Positions 33,324 through 43,436 of a DNA stretch of 64,000 bases are shown here, in pieces. The stretch spans positions 224,001 to 288,000 of the forward strand of contig CAVZQN010000008.1 in assembly GCA_963777505.1 (NCBI GenBank), read 5' to 3'. This stretch comes from an uncultured bacterium (GTDB lineage: Bacteria > Acidobacteriota > HRBIN11 > JAKEFK01). A program made the translations under genes and the position numbers. The notes beneath the pieces were generated by a model. The model had not been told where the DNA came from, did not search any database, and worked only from the letters and a program-made list of their open reading frames with translations. Position 1 is the stretch's first letter; each line of letters begins with the position of its first letter.

Positions 33324-35444
33324 TTACACTTTGAAAATGGAGATTTCCTGTTTGAGGATGCTGGTTTGCTCCAGCAGTAAAGACAATGCGCGATTCATTG
33401 CGGCTACACTGTCCACATTTTTTTGATTTATTTCTTTGAAGAACTCCACGATTTTTACTATTTGATCGCTGCCTTTCGCCTGTTCTCCGGTTGCTTTCAT
33501 AATATGAGTTACCATTTCTGTTACGTTTTCGATAGCCATTGTTATTTGCTTGCTTCCCTTGGATTGCTCTAACGTGGCGCGGTTTACATAACCTGTCATT
33601 TCACGCATATTTTCAACAGCAGAAATAATCTGTTCACTTCCACCTTTTTGTTCTGTTGTGGCTTTTGTGATTTGCATTGTCATTTCGCGAACTTGTTCGA
33701 TTGCCTGGTTGATCGAACGGATTCCGCGGGATTGTTCCTCGGTGGCATTTGCGATTTCTTTTGCCATATCGGAAGAATTTCGTGCAGAGTCCAGAATTTT
33801 TTTCAAATTCTCGCCCGCTTGAACGGAGAGTTTCACACCTTCTTCAACTGCTTGAGATCCACCGCTCATTGTTTGAACCGCGTTTCCAACATCACGCTGA
33901 ACAGCCCTAATTAAGGTATCAATTTCTTTTGTGGACGATCCTGTACGTTCCGCCAGACCTCGAATTTCCTCTGCAACTACGGCAAAACCTTTACCATGTT
34001 CTCCCGCTTGCGCAGCAATGATTGCAGCATTCAACGCAAGCAGATTCGTTTGTTCGGCGACATCATCAATTACGTTTAAAATCTTGCCGATCTCTTCCGA
34101 ACTGTTGCCAAGTTTTGTTATGACATCACTTGAACGGAATACTGCTTGCTTGATTTTCTCCATTCCTCCGATTGTCATTTCAACTGATCTCATTCCCATT
34201 TCAGCATTCGTTGTAACTTGTTCGCTGAGTGTGTGAGAGCTTGCCGCGCTCTTTTCAACCTGGCGTATTGAACTTTCCATTTCTTTTATAGATACAGCCG
34301 TATCTGAAATGAGATTGCTCAACAATTCAATGCTCTTGTCCACTTGCTGGATTGAAGAAACCATTTCGGCAATCGATGACGCTGTATCATCTACGGATTC
34401 GGAAAGGCTTCTTATATGTCCACTAACCTGCTCAATTGTCGCTGCCATTTCCATGATTGAAGAAGATGTTTCCTCTGAAGAGGCTGAAAGATTTTCAACA
34501 TTTCCCGCAACGCCTTTCAATGATGAATTCATTTCTGTTATGGCGGACGAGATTTCTTCAAGTGATGCAACCTGTGAACGTGATCCTTCAAGAACCTGTA
34601 AAGCATTTGTCTGAATTTGTTCCCGTCCTTCATCGACACGTTTATATGCTTCGCGGATTCCACGAATCATATTTGCAAGGTTTGCTGCCATTGCATTGAA
34701 TGATTCTGCGAGTGTTCCAAGTTCATCCTTGGACGTCGCTTCAACTTGCTGATTCAAATCACCTCTAGCAAGACCCGATGCTGCTTCAGCTACACGGATG
34801 ACAGGCGTGGTTGTAAAAGTTCTTAACAAGTATGCAGCTGCGGCACCAAATAAAATGGCCACAAGAATTACGCCGAGGCACCAATATATTAGGCGGTTGC
34901 GAGCAGCATCAAGAGTATTCGGCTCCATCGCCATACGAACTACACCAATTGTTCTCTTTTGCAGTGCTCCATTCTGTGTAGAAGCCGTGACTTCAACTTG
35001 AGCATGAAAGTCGTATAGCTCTACTCCGTCTTTGCCTAAAACTCGCGCACCTTCAGGTCTTCGTAATAAGGAATCTAAAATAAATCTGGAATAATCTGCG
35101 GGTCTGTGAGCTGGATCGCTTTGTGCCTTGTACTGTCCATCCCCTGTTTGAATAATGTTGCCATCAGGATCAATAAATTCCACATATCTAATTCCTTCTT
35201 CCTGCATCAATTTGTTAATGATCGGTTTGAGCTCATCCGCCAAGCCGAGACTAACTTGATAGGAATGTGATTCTGCCAAACGACGGACGATTACCTGTCC
35301 ACGATTTAACAATTCAGTTTGAAGGCTGCGGTATGAAATAACGATTAAAACGACGCCAAGAGCAACCATCAAGGCGATAAAAGTGAGGACGAGCAGGTTT
35401 ATCTTGAAACGAATACTCTTATTACGGAACCAGGTTATTGCCAT
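33324..35444 (-). CDS. Methyl-accepting chemotaxis protein
   Basis: Two TM helices, HAMP (DELGTLAESFNAM), QTNLLALNAAIIAAQAGEHGKGFAVVAEE hairpin tip. Confidence 0.93.
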   Translation of the reverse strand: MAITWFRNKSIRFKINLLVLTFIALMVALGVVLIVISYRSLQTELLNRGQVIVRRLAESHSYQVSLGLADELKPIINKLMQEEGIRYVEFIDPDGNIIQTGDGQYKAQSDPAHRPADYSRFILDSLLRRPEGARVLGKDGVELYDFHAQVEVTASTQNGALQKRTIGVVRMAMEPNTLDAARNRLIYWCLGVILVAILFGAAAAYLLRTFTTTPVIRVAEAASGLARGDLNQQVEATSKDELGTLAESFNAMAANLANMIRGIREAYKRVDEGREQIQTNALQVLEGSRSQVASLEEISSAITEMNSSLKGVAGNVENLSASSEETSSSIMEMAATIEQVSGHIRSLSESVDDTASSIAEMVSSIQQVDKSIELLSNLISDTAVSIKEMESSIRQVEKSAASSHTLSEQVTTNAEMGMRSVEMTIGGMEKIKQAVFRSSDVITKLGNSSEEIGKILNVIDDVAEQTNLLALNAAIIAAQAGEHGKGFAVVAEEIRGLAERTGSSTKEIDTLIRAVQRDVGNAVQTMSGGSQAVEEGVKLSVQAGENLKKILDSARNSSDMAKEIANATEEQSRGIRSINQAIEQVREMTMQITKATTEQKGGSEQIISAVENMREMTGYVNRATLEQSKGSKQITMAIENVTEMVTHIMKATGEQAKGSDQIVKIVEFFKEINQKNVDSVAAMNRALSLLLEQTSILKQEISIFKV

Positions 35445-35482
35445 TTATTTATTTGTAGTGATGCCAAGCGGATCGCCATTAA

Positions 35483-36385
35483 TTATTGGTACACCTTATG
35501 AGCCGCATCCTGCACATTTTTCGGAATTGTTAATCCCAGCAATCCTGCTGCGCGAGTGTTGATGATGATCCTGGAACGTTGCATCTCTTGAATAGGGAGT
35601 TTTGATGGAGATGTTCCTTGTAAAATCTTATTTGCTAATTCGCCTGCCATACGCCCCGCCTCTACTGAATCAATCGTCATTGAGAAAATAGCCCCCGATC
35701 TCACGTATCTTTCACTTGGACCTACACACGGAATTTGTTTCGTAAGTGAAGTTTGACCAATGTAACGGATCACTTCCTCTGAGTTTAACGAAGGATCAGG
35801 TGGAATCCAAAGAGCATCTATTTTGTCGATTATTTCTCCCATTGCTTTCTGAATCTCCTGACCATTCGTGATACGTGCCGTGACAAGATCCAGATCCATG
35901 CCGGTTGCAGTAGTCTTTGCTGTGGCAATCAAAGAGTCGTTCGCAGGTTGCGTATAGATAACCCCGAGACGTTTTATTTTTTTATTAATGTTTTTCAGAA
36001 TCGTAAACTGCTCTTTCACCCGGACGTCGACACTGATTCCAGTAACGTTGTCGGCTTTCAATGAATTCGCTTGCGGACTTACAACCATACAAAAAACAAC
36101 AGGCAAAGTTGGGAAAGTATTTTTAGCATATTCTGCAGCCCGCGCGCCTAGAGCCAATACAATCTGATACTTTCCGGACCGTATTTCTGTTGTAATTTCA
36201 TTGTGGTTCGAAAGATCATCCTGGAGCGTAAACTCTTTAGCAGTTTCAAAACAGATGCTAGAAAATCCGTTTCGTGCTTCGTCAAATACAGCAACGCCGG
36301 GGGTTTTTATGATTGCAACGTCAGCATATGACGCCTGAACAATCAGGATCAGGATCATTGAAGAAAGCTTCAGAACATTTATCAT
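35483..36385 (-). CDS. Periplasmic substrate-binding protein (ABC_sub_bind-like)
   Basis: Signal peptide, PVVFCMV, NVTGIS, DALWIPPD, INTRAAGLLGLTIP. Confidence 0.8.
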   Translation of the reverse strand: MINVLKLSSMILILIVQASYADVAIIKTPGVAVFDEARNGFSSICFETAKEFTLQDDLSNHNEITTEIRSGKYQIVLALGARAAEYAKNTFPTLPVVFCMVVSPQANSLKADNVTGISVDVRVKEQFTILKNINKKIKRLGVIYTQPANDSLIATAKTTATGMDLDLVTARITNGQEIQKAMGEIIDKIDALWIPPDPSLNSEEVIRYIGQTSLTKQIPCVGPSERYVRSGAIFSMTIDSVEAGRMAGELANKILQGTSPSKLPIQEMQRSRIIINTRAAGLLGLTIPKNVQDAAHKVYQ

Positions 36386-36474
36386 CCGCTCTGGACTCCC
36401 TCCGTTAAATACCTGAAAAGACGCGGGAAAGACGGAAAAATTGTATAACCCCTGAATATTCGAGTCAAGGACGC

Positions 36475-37326
36475 TTACATTCGAAAACGTGGATCAAGCC
36501 GATCGCGCAATGCATCGCCCAACAAATTGAACATCAAAACAGAAAGAAAAATTGATAAACCTGGGAACATCATAAGGTAAGGAGCATCGAGCAAATGATT
36601 TTTCCCTTCGTTTAACATTGTCCCCCATGATGGATGTGGAGGCTGCACACCAAGACCAAGAAAACTGAGTGAGGATTCTGCAAGGATTACACCTGCAAAA
36701 CTGAAACTAGCATGGACGATCAACGAGGGCATGACATTGGGAAAAATGTGATGAATCAAAATACGCGAGGGGTTTGAACCTAGATTGATTGCAGCGCGGA
36801 CAAAATCTAACTCTCTTAGCTTTAAGGTCAGCCCACGAGCCAGACGTGCATAAGAAACCCACCCGATCGTTACAAGTGCTATGACGACATTTTGCAAACT
36901 GGGTCCGAGTATCGCCATCAGCGCAATTGCCAGCAAGATTCCAGGAAACGCGAGAAGCACATCAGCAAGTCTCATCACTACTTCATCCAGCAAACCGCCT
37001 CGAAATCCTGCAATAAGGCCGACTGAGACACCGAAAACCATGGAAAGAAGTACAACGACGAATGAGACAAAGAATGAAATCCGCCCTCCATACAACAACC
37101 GCGTCAAGATGTCTCGTCCCAATTCATCGGTTCCAAGCCAGTGTTTGCTCGAGGGGACTTGAAGCCTTGAGGGCAGATCAATCGTATCGTAAGCAAAAGG
37201 AGAAAGAACCGGCGCAAGAATTGAGAGGAATAAGATTGCAAAAAGGCCCACGGCGCACAATTGGGCTATCCTGTTTTTAACTGGCAAACTGACAGGTACG
37301 GTACTTTGTTCTGAGACTTCCAGCAT
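36475..37326 (-). CDS. Peptide/nickel ABC transporter permease (DppC/OppC-like)
   Basis: HWLGTDELGRD, EAA-like FVRAAINLG, LSFLGLG, FNLLGDALRD; start uncertain (ATG 37326 preferred over TTG 37380). Confidence 0.88.
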   Translation of the reverse strand: MLEVSEQSTVPVSLPVKNRIAQLCAVGLFAILFLSILAPVLSPFAYDTIDLPSRLQVPSSKHWLGTDELGRDILTRLLYGGRISFFVSFVVVLLSMVFGVSVGLIAGFRGGLLDEVVMRLADVLLAFPGILLAIALMAILGPSLQNVVIALVTIGWVSYARLARGLTLKLRELDFVRAAINLGSNPSRILIHHIFPNVMPSLIVHASFSFAGVILAESSLSFLGLGVQPPHPSWGTMLNEGKNHLLDAPYLMMFPGLSIFLSVLMFNLLGDALRDRLDPRFRM

Positions 37327-37384
37327 GGTTTTATTGTAATGGAATGTGTTAATCATCCTCGGATCCGCTCCAATGGCCAAAAAT

Positions 37385-37414
37385 TTGACATTTCCGGCGA
37401 CGTTCCGCTACAAT
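37385..37414 (+). promoter_or_regulatory. Sigma-70-type promoter of pilB
   Basis: TTGACA-N18-TACAAT. Confidence 0.6.
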
Positions 37415-37491
37415 CTACAAGTCCAGATACCGACGGAAATTGTTCCGAAATCTAGGATTAGGCTTGTCTCTGGACATTTGTCTTTACATAA

Positions 37492-39222
37492 ATGCCGTTA
37501 AAACTTGGCGAACTGCTTCTCAGAAATAAGCTGGTAACTAAAGAACAGCTTGATAAAGCCCTCGAGCTTCAAAAAACAAACAACAGCAAGCTTGGATATA
37601 ACCTCGTTAAAATGGGGTTCGTTTCGGATGAAGAGATCGCGACCTGCCTCAGCAAACAATTCGGAATTTCTGCAATCAATTTATCGCATTTCGAAATAGA
37701 TCAAAGTGTTTTGGATCTGGTTCCTGTTGAAGTCTGCCGAAAATACGATTTGCTTCCGGTGAACCGCACAGGCGCAGTTCTCACTGTTGCGATGTCGGAT
37801 CCAACGAATATCCGCGCGATGGATGAAATCAACTTTATCTGCGGTTATCAAGTGGAACCTGTTGTTGCATCTGAATATGCAATCAAAGAATCCATTGATA
37901 AATATTATGGCTCAACACACGCTCTAGAATTAAAACAAGCAATGCAAGCCGCGATTGCTGAACGTGATCTTGACACCGATATTGAGGACCTTGAAGTCCT
38001 TGAAGAATCTGCGGAGTTGGATCTTGCAACTCTTGAAAAACAAACTGAAGATGCTCCCGTCGTTAAGCTTGTCAACAAAGTTCTTTACGATGCCCTGAAC
38101 GAAGGCGCAAGCGATATTCACGTTGAACCTTATGAGAAGGAATTTCGCGTACGTTACCGCATTGACGGCGTTTTGTACGTAAAAATAAATCCTCCATTGA
38201 AACTTCGCGATGCCATCACTTCACGTATCAAAATCATGGCAAAGCTGGACATTGCGGAAAAAAGATTGCCACAAGATGGCCGTATCAAGATCAAAACGAA
38301 ACATCAAGGCCGTATGAAGGAATTAGATTATCGTGTCTCCGTTATTCCAACCTTGTACGGTGAGAAAATCGTTTTACGACTGCTTGATAAAGACAACTTA
38401 AAGCTGGATATGACAAAGCTTGGTCTTGAAGCTGACTCGCTGCGGCGTTTGGAAAAAGCAATATTAAAGCCTTATGGAATGATTCTCGTTACAGGACCAA
38501 CTGGCAGCGGAAAGACGAATACTCTTTATTCAGCAATGTCACGTATCAACACTCCGGAAATTAACATCTTAACTGCAGAAGATCCGGTTGAATTCAATAT
38601 CACCGGAATCAATCAAGTTCAGATGAAAGAACAGATCGGATTAAATTTTGCAGCGGCATTGCGTTCTTTCCTGCGACAGGATCCGAATATCATCCTGGTT
38701 GGCGAGATCCGTGATTTTGAAACTGCTGAAATTGCCATTAAAGCAGCATTGACGGGCCATCTTGTTTTAAGCACGCTTCACACAAACGATGCACCAAGCA
38801 CCGTTAACCGCCTGATGAACATGGGAATTGAACCATTTCTTGTAGCATCATCAGTCTTACTCATCGTCGCTCAGCGCTTAATTCGTAAAATTTGTGGCGA
38901 ATGTAAGGAAGAATATCGAGTTCCACTGGAAGCGCTCATCGATATTGGGTTTTCCGAAGATGAAGCAGGTGGAGTTACGATTTACAAAGGGCGGGGATGT
39001 CCGTTATGCGGCAATACTGGGTATAAGGGTAGGGTAGGCTTGTTTGAAGTACTTGAAGTGACGGATAATATCCGTGAATTGATTCTGGTAGGCGCCTCCG
39101 CAATAGAGATACGCCGGAAAGCGGTTGAAGAAGGGATGGTTTCATTGCGTGCCAGCGGCCTGGAAAAGTTGAAAGTGGGACTTACCACAATCGAAGAGGT
39201 ACTACGGGAAACAGTTGCCTAA
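37492..39222 (+). CDS. pilB: Type IV-A pilus assembly ATPase PilB
   Basis: MshEN-like KLGELL N-terminus, GPTGSGKT, LRQDPN, tetra-Cys zinc motif. Confidence 0.95.
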   Translation: MPLKLGELLLRNKLVTKEQLDKALELQKTNNSKLGYNLVKMGFVSDEEIATCLSKQFGISAINLSHFEIDQSVLDLVPVEVCRKYDLLPVNRTGAVLTVAMSDPTNIRAMDEINFICGYQVEPVVASEYAIKESIDKYYGSTHALELKQAMQAAIAERDLDTDIEDLEVLEESAELDLATLEKQTEDAPVVKLVNKVLYDALNEGASDIHVEPYEKEFRVRYRIDGVLYVKINPPLKLRDAITSRIKIMAKLDIAEKRLPQDGRIKIKTKHQGRMKELDYRVSVIPTLYGEKIVLRLLDKDNLKLDMTKLGLEADSLRRLEKAILKPYGMILVTGPTGSGKTNTLYSAMSRINTPEINILTAEDPVEFNITGINQVQMKEQIGLNFAAALRSFLRQDPNIILVGEIRDFETAEIAIKAALTGHLVLSTLHTNDAPSTVNRLMNMGIEPFLVASSVLLIVAQRLIRKICGECKEEYRVPLEALIDIGFSEDEAGGVTIYKGRGCPLCGNTGYKGRVGLFEVLEVTDNIRELILVGASAIEIRRKAVEEGMVSLRASGLEKLKVGLTTIEEVLRETVA

Positions 39223-39269
39223 TAGGTAACGTCGGCGTATGCCGGCACTGATCTTAGAACTATGAGGGA

Positions 39270-40403
39270 GTGATTATGGCGGTTACATTACATCAGCTTT
39301 TAAAGCAAATGATCGATATGGGGGGCACCGATCTTCATGTTACGACCCACTGCCCTCCGCAAGTTCGTGTAGATGGTGTTTTAAAACCTCTGACCGAACA
39401 TCCACCTTTAACACCTGTTGATACAAAACGTCTTGCGTATAGCGTTTTAACTGACGCTCAAAAGCATCGTTTTGAAGAAAATCTTGAATTGGATTTTTCA
39501 TTCGGTGTAAAAGGACTTGCCCGTTTCCGCGCGAACGTTTTTAGTCAACGTGGCGCAGTTGCAGCAGCCTATAGAAGAATTCCTTATGAAATTATGAGTT
39601 TTCGCGAATTAGGTTTGCCGCCAATTGTTGAAAAACTCTGCGAAAAACCTCGTGGCCTTGTTCTTGTAACGGGTCCGACCGGTAGCGGTAAGTCAACGAC
39701 ACTTGCTGCGATGCTCGATAAGGTCAATCGTGAGCGTCATGATCACATTGTGACAATTGAGGATCCAATTGAATATTTTCATCAACATCAGAATTGCATT
39801 GTGAATCAGCGTGAATTACATGCGGATACACATTCATTTGGGAATGCATTGCGATCCGTTCTTCGTGAAGATCCGGATGTAGTGCTGATCGGAGAAATGC
39901 GTGATCTAGAAACAATCGAATCCGCATTACGAATCGCAGAAACAGGCCATCTTACGTTCGCAACGTTGCACACGAACTCTGCGAGTCAAACCATCAACCG
40001 TATTATTGACGTCTTTCCGGCGCATCAGCAGTCACAGGTTCGTGCTCAGCTTTCGTTGATTCTTGAAGGAATTATGTGTCAATCACTTTTGCCACGAGCC
40101 AGTGGAAAGGGACGCAGTCTTGCGCTTGAAATTTTGATTCCGAATGCAGCTATACGGAACTTGATTCGTGAAGATAAGGTTCACCAGATTTATTCTTCAA
40201 TGCAATCAGGCCAGTTGAAATTCGGAATGCAGACTTTTAATCAGTCTCTAGCGACTCTTTATTTTAGAAAAGAGATTACGCTGGAGTTAGCGTTAAGCCG
40301 TTCCTCACATCCTGAGGAATTGCAAGAAATGATCAATCGTGGAGCCGGTATTATCACGGGGAATGCTGCTCAAACAACAGGGGCAGGAAGGGCTCGAGGC
40401 TAA
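39270..40403 (+). CDS. pilT: Type IV pilus retraction ATPase PilT
   Basis: GPTGSGKS, LREDPD, AIRNLIRE, GMQT. Confidence 0.96.
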   Translation: MIMAVTLHQLLKQMIDMGGTDLHVTTHCPPQVRVDGVLKPLTEHPPLTPVDTKRLAYSVLTDAQKHRFEENLELDFSFGVKGLARFRANVFSQRGAVAAAYRRIPYEIMSFRELGLPPIVEKLCEKPRGLVLVTGPTGSGKSTTLAAMLDKVNRERHDHIVTIEDPIEYFHQHQNCIVNQRELHADTHSFGNALRSVLREDPDVVLIGEMRDLETIESALRIAETGHLTFATLHTNSASQTINRIIDVFPAHQQSQVRAQLSLILEGIMCQSLLPRASGKGRSLALEILIPNAAIRNLIREDKVHQIYSSMQSGQLKFGMQTFNQSLATLYFRKEITLELALSRSSHPEELQEMINRGAGIITGNAAQTTGAGRARG

Positions 40404-40423
40404 TAAGGGAGGTACAAAAAACC

Positions 40424-41623
40424 ATGCCTAGCTTTGAATGGAAAGGTAGAAGAGGAGACAAAATCGAGGCAGGCGTACTTGTCGCAGAAAACAAAGAAGC
40501 AGTCCGAGCGCGTTTACGCCGGCAGCAAATTGTTGTAACGCAAGTTCGCGAACAAGGCAAAGAAGTTTCATTTCCGCTGTTACGCGGCGGTGTTTCACAA
40601 AAAGAATTAGCGATCTTTACGCGTCAATTTTCGGTCATGATTGATGCCGGTTTGCCGCTTGTTCAATGTCTCGAAATTCTAGGAACTCAAGCTGAGAACA
40701 AAGTCTTCCAAAAAACACTGCTGCAGGTCCGGCAGGATGTTGAAAGTGGCGCAACTCTGGCCGATTCAATGCGGAAACATCCGCGAGTATTCGATGATCT
40801 TTTCTGCAACATGATTGCAGCAGGTGAAGCGGGCGGTATCCTTGATACAATTCTCCAGCGGCTTGCAACCTATATTGAAAAGATTGTTAAATTGCGACGA
40901 GCCGTTCGGTCTGCAATGATTTATCCAATTGCAGTACTTTCAATCGCTGCAATTGTTGTAGCCGTCATCCTGTGGAAAGTTATTCCAACATTTGCTGCGT
41001 TGTTTGCAGGATTGGGAGCTGAACTTCCTTTACCAACTCGTATCGTAATTGCAGCCAGCAATTTCGTCGGCCGCTACTCTATCTTGATTGTCCTTCTGAT
41101 TATTGCGCTCATCTATGCTTTGAAAAAGTACCATGACACATACAAAGGGAGACGAGTTATAGATGGGCTCCTTTTGAAGTTGCCCGTCCTTGGCACCGTA
41201 TTGCGTAAGATTGCGGTAGCTCGATTCTGCCGTACATTAGCAACTCTAGTTAGTTCCGGTGTTCCGATCCTTGAAGCTCTTGAAATCACTGCCAAAACTT
41301 CAGGAAACGCAATTGTAGAAGATGCGGTTATGGCAACTCGAAAGAGCATTGAAGAAGGAAAAACGATTTCCGAACCATTAAAGGATACTGAAGTTTTTCC
41401 CCCAATGGTCGTTCATATGATTGCAGTCGGCGAGCAAACGGGCGCACTCGATGCAATGCTTTCCAAGATTGCTGATTTTTATGAAGAGGAAGTTGATGCA
41501 GCCGTTGAAAACATGCTGACGTTGATTGAACCGATCATGATTCTATTTCTTGGAATCATCATCGGCGGAATCGTCATATCGATGTATTTGCCGATGTTCT
41601 CCTTACTTAGCAAGATCGGCTAA
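40424..41623 (+). CDS. pilC: Type IV pilus platform protein PilC
   Basis: FTRQFSVMIDAG, AGEAGG, VGEQTG, MYLPMF. Confidence 0.94.
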   Translation: MPSFEWKGRRGDKIEAGVLVAENKEAVRARLRRQQIVVTQVREQGKEVSFPLLRGGVSQKELAIFTRQFSVMIDAGLPLVQCLEILGTQAENKVFQKTLLQVRQDVESGATLADSMRKHPRVFDDLFCNMIAAGEAGGILDTILQRLATYIEKIVKLRRAVRSAMIYPIAVLSIAAIVVAVILWKVIPTFAALFAGLGAELPLPTRIVIAASNFVGRYSILIVLLIIALIYALKKYHDTYKGRRVIDGLLLKLPVLGTVLRKIAVARFCRTLATLVSSGVPILEALEITAKTSGNAIVEDAVMATRKSIEEGKTISEPLKDTEVFPPMVVHMIAVGEQTGALDAMLSKIADFYEEEVDAAVENMLTLIEPIMILFLGIIIGGIVISMYLPMFSLLSKIG

Positions 41624-41660
41624 ACAAAATTGAAGAAATAAAAACCAGGGGGCGGCCTCA

Positions 41661-43370
41661 ATGGCCGCCCTCAAATTTTTTAGGAAAAAAACGATTAACG
41701 GAACAATAACAAGACAAGATGAAGAACTAAAACAAAAAATTGTCATGATGATGACCTTCCGTATGGTCATTATCATCACATTGTTGGGTTCAGCGATCTT
41801 AATTCAGCTTGTTTCACGCACTATCCTTCCGATTAATCCGCTCTATTTTCTGATCTTTCTCACATCATTTTTTACTCTTGTTTCCGCAGTGTGGTTTGCG
41901 AAAGTTCAAAATTTGCGGGTGCTTGCCTATTTGCAACTTTCCGGCGATGTCATTGTTATAACCCTCTTGCTTTACTTTACGGGAGGTGTGCGAAGTCCAT
42001 TTTCATTTCTCTACATTCTTGTAATTATTGCTGCAAGTATCCTGCTGTACCGGAAAGGAAGCCTTTACATTGCTTCTATCAGCAGCATCCTTTATGGTTC
42101 ACTGGTCGATCTTTTATATTACGGATTCATTCCTTATTACGATCTTCAACCCTCTGAAATCGCGGAAATTTCTACTCCTTTGATTTATTACTACATCTTT
42201 ATTCACATTTTTGGTTTTTACACGACCGCTCTTTTGAGCAGTTATCTTTCCGAGCGTTTGCGCCGCACGAGTACTGAATTGCGCGTGGTGGATGAAGATT
42301 TACTCGATTTGAAAATTCTTCATCAAAAAATCATTGAAAGCATGAATACCGGACTTGTGCTTACAGATTTGGAAGGGCACGTCAATTTCATTAATGGAGC
42401 CGGCCTTCAGATTTTGGATCGTTCTACACATCAAATATTAGGCGAGAACATTCAGACCTTATTTATGGAAGGGATCGATCTTGAACATATTCGGAATGAA
42501 CTTGAAACCAGCAAGCAGGTCCGTTTAGAACGCCGCTTTTTGAAGAATCAGGAAATTTTCATCATTGGTATGAATCTGGCTTATCTTCCAACTTTAAAAG
42601 ATTCTCCTTATGGAATGATTTTGATTTTCCAGGACATTACAGAGGTTCACAGAAAGGAACAACAATTTCGCATTCAAGAGCGGATGGCAGCTATTGGAAC
42701 AATGGCTGCAGGGATTGCTCATGAAATTAGAAATCCTCTTGCGGCAATCCATGGCTCAGTTCAGATGTTAAAAAACGAGCTGCATCTTTCTGATGATCAG
42801 CTAAAACTGATGGAAATTGTTCTTACTGAATCTGTGCGGCTCGATCATACAATTCAATACTTTTTGAATTACGCAAAACCAAAACGTTTTAATCCAGGAC
42901 GTGATGATTTTCTTCTCGTAGTTACCGACACGTTAAGTTTCATTCAAAAGAGTCCGGAATTTAAGCCTGAACATCACATCACATTTTCAAAAAGCTCAGA
43001 AGAATTCATCCATGAATTCGACAGCAATCAAATCAAACAAGTCATTTGGAATCTGGCAGTGAATGCTCTTCACGCAATGCCTTCAGGTGGAACACTTCGG
43101 GTTTCATTGGAGCATGACTTACAGGGAAGTGTTGTACTTTCTTTCCGGGATGAAGGGCAAGGGATTGAGCGCGAACGGTTGGATTCAATTTTCGACCCAT
43201 TTCAAACATCAACGACTGGTGGAAGCGGTCTTGGAATGGCGATTGTTTATCGAATCGTTCAAGACCATCATGGAAGAATTTCGATTGATTCAAAGCCCGG
43301 AGCAGGGACGACAATTACAGTGCATTTTCCGGCTAAAAACACACGCTATGCGTTACCTCTGGTACAATAA
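41661..43370 (+). CDS. pilS: PilS-like sensor histidine kinase
   Basis: About six TM helices, PAS-like region, AHEIRNP, DEGQGI, GSGLG; position after pilC; exact start uncertain. Confidence 0.8.
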   Translation: MAALKFFRKKTINGTITRQDEELKQKIVMMMTFRMVIIITLLGSAILIQLVSRTILPINPLYFLIFLTSFFTLVSAVWFAKVQNLRVLAYLQLSGDVIVITLLLYFTGGVRSPFSFLYILVIIAASILLYRKGSLYIASISSILYGSLVDLLYYGFIPYYDLQPSEIAEISTPLIYYYIFIHIFGFYTTALLSSYLSERLRRTSTELRVVDEDLLDLKILHQKIIESMNTGLVLTDLEGHVNFINGAGLQILDRSTHQILGENIQTLFMEGIDLEHIRNELETSKQVRLERRFLKNQEIFIIGMNLAYLPTLKDSPYGMILIFQDITEVHRKEQQFRIQERMAAIGTMAAGIAHEIRNPLAAIHGSVQMLKNELHLSDDQLKLMEIVLTESVRLDHTIQYFLNYAKPKRFNPGRDDFLLVVTDTLSFIQKSPEFKPEHHITFSKSSEEFIHEFDSNQIKQVIWNLAVNALHAMPSGGTLRVSLEHDLQGSVVLSFRDEGQGIERERLDSIFDPFQTSTTGGSGLGMAIVYRIVQDHHGRISIDSKPGAGTTITVHFPAKNTRYALPLVQ

Positions 43371-43436
43371 CTGGTTAATAAGAGGAGGAGAGGTCCGCCC
43401 AAGGGGGGCTCGAACCATCTCATGGAGAATTAAATA

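Noticed and set aside
41647-41681. GC hairpin after pilC as a definite terminator
   Set aside because: The T run is separated from the stem and the only nearby pilS ATG lies in the loop, so its role is ambiguous
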